Assembly (NCBI GenBank): GCA_046543235.1
Contig: JBKGZT010000001.1
Coordinates: 1-57,662, forward strand
Source: Candidatus Acetothermia bacterium
GTDB taxonomy: Bacteria; Bipolaricaulota; Bipolaricaulia; M55B111
Direction of reading: 5' to 3'
DNA length: 57,662 nt
Shown here: in pieces, positions 49,884 through 57,662 of the stretch
Numbering within the stretch: position 1 is the stretch's first letter
Layout: each line of letters begins with the position of its first letter
Program-made: the position numbers and the translations under genes
The notes under the pieces: generated by a model
What the model was told of the DNA's origin: nothing
The model's database searches: none
What the model saw: the letters and a program-made list of their open reading frames with translations, nothing else

Positions 49884-50091
49884 TATTATCCCCCTGTGTA
49901 GGTTTCACAAGTGGTTTCTAAAGCGAATTTAAGGATATCATAACATTGCAAAAAGGTCAAGTCAGCCCTAAACTTTCTTATCGTCCGTCCGGCTTATGTA
50001 GTGCCTGTCGTAGCTAGTTGCGTCTTGGAAAACACGGACGGTGAACTCTGTGGGATGGTTCCTATCTTTATATACTGGAAGTGGAGGGACA

Positions 50092-50595
50092 ATGAAGAAA
50101 AGGTTTATACTGCTGGCGTTGCTGATAGGTGGTCTGGCTTTATTCCTCTCGGGTTGCAGTATGTTTGATCAAGGGCCGGAGATCCAGAAGTGGCAGCCCG
50201 ATACTTCGCCGGACGGGGAGTCGATTGTATTCTCTTCAAAGGTCGGCGGCAACTTTCAACTATTTTGGATGGATAGGGAGAGCGGAGAACGGACTCAAAT
50301 AACCGACAACGAATACGACGACTGGGGGCCGGACTGGGGGCCGGAAGGAGAACGGATCGTCTTCGTGTCACAGAGGAACGATAACACGGACATTTATTCA
50401 GTTGACGTAGATGGGGATAACGAGAAGAGGCTAACGGAAGATTCTGGTCAGGACGTAAACCCGAGGTGGAACGGAACTACCGAGGTCGTCTTCAACTCGG
50501 ATCGTACCGATTCGTGGGAGATCTACGTTATCTCTATTGCCGATGGCGAGATCGAACAGTTAACCTCCTCCAGCGGTAACGAGGATAACGAATAG
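50092..50595 (+). CDS. TolB-like PD40/WD40-repeat lipoprotein
   Basis: Lipobox FLSG-C. Repeats SPDGESIVFSS, WGPEGERIVFVS and VVFNSDR. Confidence 0.85.
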   Translation: MKKRFILLALLIGGLALFLSGCSMFDQGPEIQKWQPDTSPDGESIVFSSKVGGNFQLFWMDRESGERTQITDNEYDDWGPDWGPEGERIVFVSQRNDNTDIYSVDVDGDNEKRLTEDSGQDVNPRWNGTTEVVFNSDRTDSWEIYVISIADGEIEQLTSSSGNEDNE

Positions 50596-50601
50596 GTCGA
50601 A

Positions 50602-51291
50602 ATGTTCAGGAACAAGACGGTTGGTGCAGTGATCCTCGCTGCTGGTAAGAGTGAAAGGATGAGTGGGGAGGTAAACAAAGTCTATCGGGAGGTGGGCGGT
50701 AAACCCGTACTGTTACATTCGATTGACGCGTTTGGGGGTTCCGGGTTTGTGGACGAGCTGGTGTTGGTTTACAACGAAGAGGACGAGGCCGATCTAGAGG
50801 AAAAGGTGGTCTCAAAGTTGGACCGTGGTCTGCCGTTAAAAGCGGTCACGGGCGGTGAAAAAAGGCAGGATTCTTCCCTGGCCGGATTGAATGAATTAAC
50901 TGCGGAATACGCCATCGTACATGACGGTGCCAGGCCGAACTTTTCTCTTGACCTGCTGGAGAGATTGCTTAAGGCCGCGAGCGAGAATAGGGCGGCGTTT
51001 CCCGGTATAAGGCCGGTGGATACGATCCGAAAAAAGAAAGGCGGTTTCGCAGGGCCCACCCTGGATAGGGACGAACTCGTTCGGGTACAGACGCCCCAGT
51101 GTTTCGAGAGAAGTCTGCTTCTCGAGGCACTGGAGGAATCCGTGAAGAGGAGAAATTACTACACCGACGACGGTGGGGCGGTAATGGATTACTGGGAACT
51201 TAACCCCAAAGTGGTCTCCGGTGAGAGGGAAAACGTCAAGCTGACCACGGAAAAAGACATGAGGTTTGCCGAACTATTGTTCTCTCGGTAG
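50602..51291 (+). CDS. ispD: 2-C-methyl-D-erythritol 4-phosphate cytidylyltransferase
   Basis: ILAAGKSERM, GGEKRQDS, VHDGARP, QTPQCF and NVKLT motifs. Confidence 0.96.
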   Translation: MFRNKTVGAVILAAGKSERMSGEVNKVYREVGGKPVLLHSIDAFGGSGFVDELVLVYNEEDEADLEEKVVSKLDRGLPLKAVTGGEKRQDSSLAGLNELTAEYAIVHDGARPNFSLDLLERLLKAASENRAAFPGIRPVDTIRKKKGGFAGPTLDRDELVRVQTPQCFERSLLLEALEESVKRRNYYTDDGGAVMDYWELNPKVVSGERENVKLTTEKDMRFAELLFSR

Positions 51292-51339
51292 CAATTCGTT
51301 TGCGAAGAATGGAAGAAGGTTATAATATTAGGAGGTAAG

Positions 51340-51564
51340 ATGATAGCGTTACTTATCCGAGTTATATTTTATATTAGCTCTGCGGGATTGATTGGCATCG
51401 TGCTGGTACAGATGAGCGAACACGCTGGGATAGGCGGCGCTTTTGGTGCCGGTGGTTCCAGTACTGTATTTGGCCGGGACGAACAAACCGATCCAAAAAG
51501 AACTGCCACGTCAGTTTTGGCGGCTACTTTTATGATTTCTAGTTTGCTATTGTCAATTATATAG
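51340..51564 (+). CDS. secG: Preprotein translocase SecG
   Basis: Two TMs flanking VLVQ…GIGGAFGAGGSSTVFG. Confidence 0.9.
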   Translation: MIALLIRVIFYISSAGLIGIVLVQMSEHAGIGGAFGAGGSSTVFGRDEQTDPKRTATSVLAATFMISSLLLSII

Positions 51565-51588
51565 GTCCTATTTTCCTCTGGAGGATTT

Positions 51589-52575
51589 ATGCCTTTAATT
51601 GAGCTGAACGACCTGAAGACCTATTTCTACACGGAAGACGGCGTGGTCAAGGCCGTCGACGGAGTCACCTTCGACATCGACAAACAACAGACGATGGGTG
51701 TCGTCGGCGAAAGCGGCTGCGGCAAGTCCGTAACCGCCCTGTCCATTATGGGGCTGGTTCCCATGCCCCCGGGAAAGATCGAAGGCGGGGAGATCATCTA
51801 CCATCGTAACGGAGGGTCGACCGACCTGACGAAACTGGACCCCAAGGGCAAGCAGATGCGGTCCATCCGGGGCAACGAGATAGCGATGATCTTCCAGGAA
51901 CCGATGACCTCCCTCAATCCCGTATTTACAATCGGTAACCAGATAATGGAGGCCATTACCCTCCACCAGGACGTGGGCAAGTCGGAAGCCAGATCGATAG
52001 CGATTCAGATGTTAGAAGAGGTAGGTATTCCCTTACCCGAACAGAGGGTCGACGAGTACCCGCACCAGCTCTCCGGCGGTATGAGACAGCGGGCGATGAT
52101 CGCCATGGCCCTTTCCTGTAACCCGACGATGTTAATAGCCGACGAGCCGACCACGGCTTTGGACGTGACCATCCAGGCCCAGATACTGGAACTGATGGGT
52201 GATCTGCAGGAGGAGTTCGATACCTCGATCATGTTCATCACCCACGACCTGGGTGTAATAGCGGAAATCACCGACTACGTCGTCGTCATGTACCTAGGCA
52301 AGATAGTCGAAAGCGGGAACGTAGGGGAGATATACCACAACCCGACCATGCCTTACACGCAGGGGTTGATGGAGTCTATCCCCTCTCTGGACGTCGACAA
52401 AGGTCGTCTGGAGCCGATAAAGGGGGTAGTCCCCGACCCCTACGAGGTACCCGAAGGCTGCCCCTTCAACAACAGGTGCCCGCACGCTATGGATATCTGC
52501 CGGGAGGAGGACCCCCCGCTGGTCGAAGTAGAAGATGGTCACGAGTCCTCCTGCTGGCTGCATATTGATCACTAA
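51589..52575 (+). CDS. oppD: Oligopeptide/dipeptide ABC transporter ATP-binding protein (OppD/DppD)
   Basis: GESGCGKS, IFQEPMTSLNP, LSGGMRQR, ADEPTTALD and the Cys-rich C-terminal tail. Confidence 0.93.
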   Translation: MPLIELNDLKTYFYTEDGVVKAVDGVTFDIDKQQTMGVVGESGCGKSVTALSIMGLVPMPPGKIEGGEIIYHRNGGSTDLTKLDPKGKQMRSIRGNEIAMIFQEPMTSLNPVFTIGNQIMEAITLHQDVGKSEARSIAIQMLEEVGIPLPEQRVDEYPHQLSGGMRQRAMIAMALSCNPTMLIADEPTTALDVTIQAQILELMGDLQEEFDTSIMFITHDLGVIAEITDYVVVMYLGKIVESGNVGEIYHNPTMPYTQGLMESIPSLDVDKGRLEPIKGVVPDPYEVPEGCPFNNRCPHAMDICREEDPPLVEVEDGHESSCWLHIDH

Positions 52576-52590
52576 CAGAGGTGAGTTTAA

Positions 52591-53649
52591 GTGGTAGAGA
52601 TGGAATCGCAGGATAGGTTGTTACAGGTTAGCGGGATGAAGAAGTACTTTCCCGTCCGCAAAGGCGTATTCAAACGGGTAGTCGGACACGTAAAGGCGGT
52701 AGACGACGTCGATCTGTTCATTCGTGAAGGTGAGACCCTGGGACTGGTCGGCGAAAGCGGCTGTGGCAAGACGACCGCCGGCAGGACAATACTGAGGTTG
52801 ATCGAGCCGACAGCCGGGGAGATGCTCTTCCGCAGCGAGGAGTTGGGCAACGGTTCCAGGAAGGTCGTCGACATCGCCGGTGCTTCCAAGGGCGAACTGA
52901 AGACCCTCCGCCGGGACATGCAGATAATCTTTCAGGATCCCTACTCCTCCCTCAACCCGAGGATGACTGTGGCCTCCATAGTTGGAGAGCCGCTGGTAGT
53001 TCACGGGATCGGCTCCAAGAAGGAAAGAAACGACCGGGTTAAAGAACTGCTGCGGGCAGTTGGACTGACCGAAAACCACATGAAGCGCTACCCACACGAG
53101 TTCTCCGGCGGCCAGAGACAGAGGATAGGTGTCGCGCGCGCACTGGCCCTCGACCCCCAACTGATCATAGCTGACGAACCCGTCTCCGCCCTGGACGTAT
53201 CGATTCAGGCTCAGGTTCTAAACCGGCTGGAGGACCTCCAGGAGGAGTTCGGGCTGACCTACCTATTTATCGCCCACGACCTTTCCGTAATAAAGCATAT
53301 AAGCGACCGGGTAGCGGTAATGTACCTCGGCCAGATAGTCGAGTTAAGCTCCGTGGAGAAGCTCTTCTCGGATCCGAAACACCCCTATACGGAAGCTCTG
53401 ATGTCGGCGGTACCGGTTGCCAACCCGGACTTCGAGTCAGAACGGATAGTCCTGGAAGGTGACGTACCTTCGCCGGTAGACCCGCCTTCGGGCTGTTACT
53501 TCCATCCGAGGTGCCCCTACAGCGAACCCGACTGCAGCGAATCCGAGCCGGAGTTTCGGGAGGTCGAGGACGACCACTACGTCCACTGCCATTACGCCGA
53601 GGACCTCAAACTGAAGGGCCTTGCTTCTATAGAAAGAGAAAGTGAGTAG
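52591..53649 (+). CDS. oppF: Oligopeptide/dipeptide ABC transporter ATP-binding protein (OppF/DppF)
   Basis: [35 protein letters not shown] and HPYT motifs. Confidence 0.93.
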   Translation: MVEMESQDRLLQVSGMKKYFPVRKGVFKRVVGHVKAVDDVDLFIREGETLGLVGESGCGKTTAGRTILRLIEPTAGEMLFRSEELGNGSRKVVDIAGASKGELKTLRRDMQIIFQDPYSSLNPRMTVASIVGEPLVVHGIGSKKERNDRVKELLRAVGLTENHMKRYPHEFSGGQRQRIGVARALALDPQLIIADEPVSALDVSIQAQVLNRLEDLQEEFGLTYLFIAHDLSVIKHISDRVAVMYLGQIVELSSVEKLFSDPKHPYTEALMSAVPVANPDFESERIVLEGDVPSPVDPPSGCYFHPRCPYSEPDCSESEPEFREVEDDHYVHCHYAEDLKLKGLASIERESE

Positions 53650-54250
53650 GTTTCGACTCCTGCTGGGAACGAAGAACCCGGGGAAGGTGGAAGAGGCGAG
53701 CGAGATCCTTGCAGTGGTCGACGAGGAGCTGGAGCTGCTCTCCTATCGGGATATCGATTTCCCCGACGTGGAGGAAACGGGAGATACGTACGCCGCAAAC
53801 TCCCTTAAAAAGGCGAGGGTTATAAGTCAGGAAACCGGTTTACCCGTATTGAGTGACGATTCCGGTCTGGAAGTCTCGGCGCTCAACGGAGCTCCAGGGC
53901 CTCGGTCTGCGAGGTTTGCGGGGCCTGATGCGAGCGACGAGCAAAACCTGTCTCTGCTCTTGTGTAGACTTGAGGGGCTAAAGCAAAGAGATGCCAGGTT
54001 CGTCACGGTGGCAACTCTTTACGTCTCCTCTCAAGAAAGATATACGGCAAGGGGCGTGCTGGAAGGTAAAATAACTCGAAGCCCTGAGGGTGACTCGGGC
54101 TTCGGCTATGACCCGGTTTTTGTTCCCGAGGGCTCCGAGAAAACCCTTGCTCAGCTGGGAGAGGAGAAGAAAAACGAGATTAGCCATCGCAGACGGGCTT
54201 TAGAAAAGATAAAAGACGAATTAAAGGCAGTCCTCCGGAAGAGTAGCTGA
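53642..54250 (+). CDS. rdgB: dITP/XTP pyrophosphatase (Ham1/RdgB)
   Basis: TKNPGK, DDSGL, FGYDPVF and KNEISHR motifs. Confidence 0.96.
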   Translation: MSRFRLLLGTKNPGKVEEASEILAVVDEELELLSYRDIDFPDVEETGDTYAANSLKKARVISQETGLPVLSDDSGLEVSALNGAPGPRSARFAGPDASDEQNLSLLLCRLEGLKQRDARFVTVATLYVSSQERYTARGVLEGKITRSPEGDSGFGYDPVFVPEGSEKTLAQLGEEKKNEISHRRRALEKIKDELKAVLRKSS

Positions 54251-54299
54251 AGGATCGAAGTCTCGCGGGGCGGCTCCCCACCGTAAGGGGTTGGTCAAG

Positions 54300-54719
54300 T
54301 TGACCCTGAAGCTCATAGTTCTATTTACGGCTATTCCGATAATAGAAATCTACCTTCTAGTTAAGGTGGGTACGGCCATTGGCGTAATTCCCACGGCGCT
54401 TGCGGTGGTCGGTACTGGGGTGCTTGGTGCCGTGTTGGCTCGCAAGGAAGGTGTTTCCGTTCTTCAACGAACCCGGAGGAAGTTCAGGGAGGGTAAGTTA
54501 CCGGCGGAGGAGCTAATTGACGGGATGATCCTTCTGGTTTCGGGGGCTTTCCTGCTTACTCCCGGAATTCTTACCGATTTCATCGGATTGATAGGGCTTG
54601 TTCCCTGGTTCAGAAGTAAGTTAATTGACTACGGAAGGAACTGGTTCCGGAAGGAGTGGAGCGCCAAGCAGAAGACCTACATAGACGTAAACGGTGACGT
54701 GGAGGACGACGAAATTTAG
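54300..54719 (+). CDS. fxsA: FxsA-family membrane protein
   Basis: PIIEIYLLVKVG and LLTPGILTD motifs. Start is TTG 54300 or 54291. Confidence 0.9.
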   Translation: MTLKLIVLFTAIPIIEIYLLVKVGTAIGVIPTALAVVGTGVLGAVLARKEGVSVLQRTRRKFREGKLPAEELIDGMILLVSGAFLLTPGILTDFIGLIGLVPWFRSKLIDYGRNWFRKEWSAKQKTYIDVNGDVEDDEI

Positions 54720-56287
54720 CTTCCTTTTCCCTTTCCTATCAATAAACATTCCGCGACCTCCCTCAACCGCGAAGCCTCGCTAAGACAAAGAGACCGGGGA
54801 TTTATTGGAGGTCGGCGTAGCCCGAGGGTTTCCCTTTTCCCCCCTCGGCTCATTCGCCATTTTAGCCAGAAGAGTATGAGGAAGTAAGAGAGGAGGCCCG
54901 TCGAGGTTACGGCGGGAATCTCCAGACTGGTAAGTGGAACTTCCGATAACATCGTAATTACCCATTTGAATCCTCGGATAGCCGTCTTTTCGAGGTTAAT
55001 GATACCGGGGCCGATCAGCGGGAGGTTTCCCAGTGGAACCGACAAAAGCCCAAGGTAAAGTATACCGGTGGCCCACGGTATGGCGACCAGGTTGGTAAGA
55101 GGTGCCCAGGGATGAACCCGGTGAAAATGAGCGGCCAGTACCGGCCCCACGCCGAGCTGAGCCGCCAGCGATGCCGCCAGAATTCCGAACAAGTAGTGGG
55201 GCCTCTCGGGTAACCTTTCCCTGATCGGGTCGAAGTACAGCGCTATGGCAAACGTCGCTCCAAAACTCAGCTGATAACCGGCGGTTGTGACCCCTTGTGG
55301 GTCGTATAACGCAAGCAATAATCCCGCACTGGCGAGCGCCTGATAACGGTCGTACCAGTCGCTCAGGATGACCCCCTTTTTCTCCAGGTAAAAGTGTGCT
55401 CCGCCGAACAGGTAAATAACCGAAGCCCTGAGCAAAGGGAGTTTGAACCCGACAGTCAACAAGTACATAAATACCAGCGGAAGGCTGGATAAGTAGATTT
55501 TCCCCCTGTCCATTCCCAGCCAGTTCAGGATCGCCCAGGTTACGCCAAGTATTAGTCCGAGATGTAGGCCCGATGCCGCGAGCAGATGGGCCAGCCCGGT
55601 CTCGGTAAAGGCTCTCTCTACGTCCTCCGCAAGCAAGTCCCTCGCTCCAAAGATCAGGGCAACCAGGAATTCCCCCTGGTCCTCGTTTTGCTTCAGGATC
55701 TGCCGCGATATTCTCTTCCTTACCCACCAGCCCAGCTCCATGGCCGGGTTAGCGTATCCGGGTTGGGAGGATACGATCTCGGCATCGTAGATCACGGACC
55801 ATATATCCTTTTTTCGGAGGTATTCTCCGTAGTCGAAACCCCGGAAGGACTTTGGGGTACGAAAGTCCCCCGATATCGTTAGCCGGTCCCCGTAGTCGAT
55901 CTTCTTTCCAGTGTCTCCCTCGGAAAAAACTTTAATCCTTCCACGATAACCTTCCGGTTCCAGAACCAGTTCCGTCCCCTGTTTGCTGGTGACCGGGTAC
56001 GTCACTACCCTTCCGGTGGCCCGATTCAGGGCTTCGGGTGTAGTATCGACAGAGGCCGGTTGGAAGTAACTGGCTCCGTAAAGGGCTATCCCGAAAAAGG
56101 CAAGCCCGGTAAAGATTGCCGCCGTCTTTAACCGGTAACGGTCGAGAGAGGACGAAACGAAGACGATAATTGATGCGCCGATTCCTCCAAGCGACCAAGC
56201 CGGCACGGTGTGAACTTTCAGGAAGATCCCGAGCAGAATTCCCGAGACCAGGCCGAGAAAAACCAGTACCATCGGGCGCCTTTTCAT
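54716..56287 (-). CDS. comEC: ComEC/Rec2 competence protein (OB/DUF4131 + Competence domain, no MBL domain)
   Basis: FDYGEYL, TGLAHLLAASGLH, LRAS and GYQLSFGAT motifs. Confidence 0.9.
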   Translation of the reverse strand: MKRRPMVLVFLGLVSGILLGIFLKVHTVPAWSLGGIGASIIVFVSSSLDRYRLKTAAIFTGLAFFGIALYGASYFQPASVDTTPEALNRATGRVVTYPVTSKQGTELVLEPEGYRGRIKVFSEGDTGKKIDYGDRLTISGDFRTPKSFRGFDYGEYLRKKDIWSVIYDAEIVSSQPGYANPAMELGWWVRKRISRQILKQNEDQGEFLVALIFGARDLLAEDVERAFTETGLAHLLAASGLHLGLILGVTWAILNWLGMDRGKIYLSSLPLVFMYLLTVGFKLPLLRASVIYLFGGAHFYLEKKGVILSDWYDRYQALASAGLLLALYDPQGVTTAGYQLSFGATFAIALYFDPIRERLPERPHYLFGILAASLAAQLGVGPVLAAHFHRVHPWAPLTNLVAIPWATGILYLGLLSVPLGNLPLIGPGIINLEKTAIRGFKWVITMLSEVPLTSLEIPAVTSTGLLSYFLILFWLKWRMSRGGKRETLGLRRPPINPRSLCLSEASRLREVAECLLIGKGKGS

Positions 56288-56465
56288 CGTGTTAGACGTA
56301 ATAGGTTTTATGGCTTTTTTATTCTAGCCCAAATTAGCTTTGAAGCAAATTTCGTCTAGCTCGCTTGGGAGTAGAACCCCTTTGGATATCAAGAGCTTTA
56401 TCGCGAAGGTAACCTCCTGGGCTGGTTGTTAAGAAAAAGGGCTGAGGATAACATTAAGCCGGAGC

Positions 56466-57552
56466 GTGATACGGTTGGAAAGAATATCCGAACTGAGAGA
56501 TCAACTCGAAGAAATAGGTGATTACCTTTGACCTGGAGGAACTGGAGGAGGAACTGGAGGATCTGCGGAGGGAAATGAACGAGCCCGACTTTTGGGATAA
56601 TCCTCAATTGGCCCGAAAGAAATCGAAACTGGCGAACAGGAAAGAGGAAAGGATAGAGGGTTTCCGTGAGATGAGAGAAGAGCTGGAGGACGTGGAGGTG
56701 TTGTACGAGCTCGCGGATGAAGAAGAAAACGAGTCGGAACTAGAGGCTATTGAAGAAAGGCTGGATCAGCTATCGGACAGGATGGATTCCTTCCAGCTGG
56801 AACTATTCATGGACGGTGATTTCGACGAGGAAAACTGTTATCTGGAAATAAACGCAGGAGCGGGAGGAACGGACGCTCAGGACTGGGCGGGAATGCTTAT
56901 GCGGATGTATACCAGGTGGCTCGAGCGGAAGGGGTTTTCCTACGATTCTCTCGGGATTAGTGAGGGAGAAGAGGCAGGGATAAAAAGCGTGACCTTCGAC
57001 GTCGAGGGCGACTGGGCCTACGGTTACCTGAAGGGTGAGGCTGGAGTCCACAGGCTGGTGAGGATATCCCCGTTCGACTCGGCGGGCAGGAGACATACGT
57101 CTTTTGCTTCGGTAAACGTGACTCCCCAGTTCGAGGACGACGTAGAGGTGGATTTGGACGAAAACGACCTGAGGATCGATACCTTCCGGGCCAGCGGTGC
57201 AGGCGGGCAGCACGTTAATGTCACGGACTCGGCTGTAAGGATAACTCATGAACCTACCGGGCTGGTTGCCACCTGCCAGAACGAGCGGAGCCAGCACAAG
57301 AACAGGGAGACGGCCATGCAAATACTCCGGTCGCGGCTCTACCAACTCAAAATGGAAAAACGGGCGGAGAAAATAGAGGAAATTCAGGGAGAGCTGAAGG
57401 AAATCGAATGGGGGAGCCAGATCCGTTCTTATGTACTCCATCCTTACCAGAAGATCAAGGACCACAGAACGGAGGTAGAGGTAGGAGATACCGAATCGGT
57501 TCTGGATGGGGAGATCGACCCATTTGTCCAGGCATACCTCAAGGAGAAATAA
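56466..57552 (+). CDS. prfB: Peptide chain release factor 2, with programmed +1 frameshift at 56526-56532
   Basis: Frame 0 runs from GTG 56466 (or TTG 56475) to …GGT GAT TAC CTT TGA C. The +1 frame carries SPF and GGQ motifs. Confidence 0.96.
56516..56532 (+). promoter_or_regulatory. prfB frameshift cassette (internal SD plus CTT-TGA-C slippery stop)
   Basis: AGGTGAT-TAC-CTT-TGA-C matches the canonical RF2 autoregulatory site. Confidence 0.92.
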
Positions 57553-57662
57553 TCCGGGTGAGCCCCGGTATTATTTACCGTCGAGGGGAATTTCCGGGTC
57601 CTAATTTGAGTATTTCATTTTAACTCATTCTGCCGACCCTGTAATAAAAGAGTTGAGTTTAC

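Noticed and set aside
56301..56313. 13-mer ATAGGTTTTATGG shared with about 23444-23456
   Set aside because: Several 13-mer matches are expected by chance in 57 kb, and the flanks do not align.
1..57662. CRISPR arrays, IS/transposases, integrases, rRNA, or a recoded genetic code
   Set aside because: None seen. Conserved genes end at TAA, TAG and TGA as in code 11, and no integrase lies next to the tRNAs.

Overview
This is a core, gene-dense bacterial chromosome segment. I found no mobile elements, CRISPR arrays or rRNA. It carries rplI, murJ, dxr, ftsH, tRNA-Glu(CTC), tRNA-Gln(CTG), a MEMO1-yicC-gmk-acpS cluster and ispE-cmk-plsC-rpsA-plsY. Next come era-deoC-recO-hpf, a ThiI/MnmA-like gene, pcrA/uvrD, rpoC, and the fused str/S10/spc/alpha ribosomal superoperon (rpsL to rplQ). 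The right end holds prmC-ftsE-like-ftsX-like-HD, ispD-secG-oppDF-rdgB-fxsA, comEC, and prfB with its +1 programmed frameshift. The proteins are strikingly Glu/Asp-rich, which suggests a salt-in halophile; a Bipolaricaulota/Acetothermia-like lineage is my inference and is not established. The most unusual items are: (1) an intact FtsE-like ORF that has lost every ABC-ATPase motif, paired with a divergent FtsX; (2) a ThiI/MnmA-like gene with a degenerate PP-loop; (3) rpoC without rpoB and with several large repeat insertions; (4) no tuf and no rpmD in the ribosomal cluster, plus trimmed termini on uS11 and uS7; (5) a probable CTG start for prmC; (6) two long intergenic hairpins (4976-5146 and 23301-23460) that may be structured RNAs.
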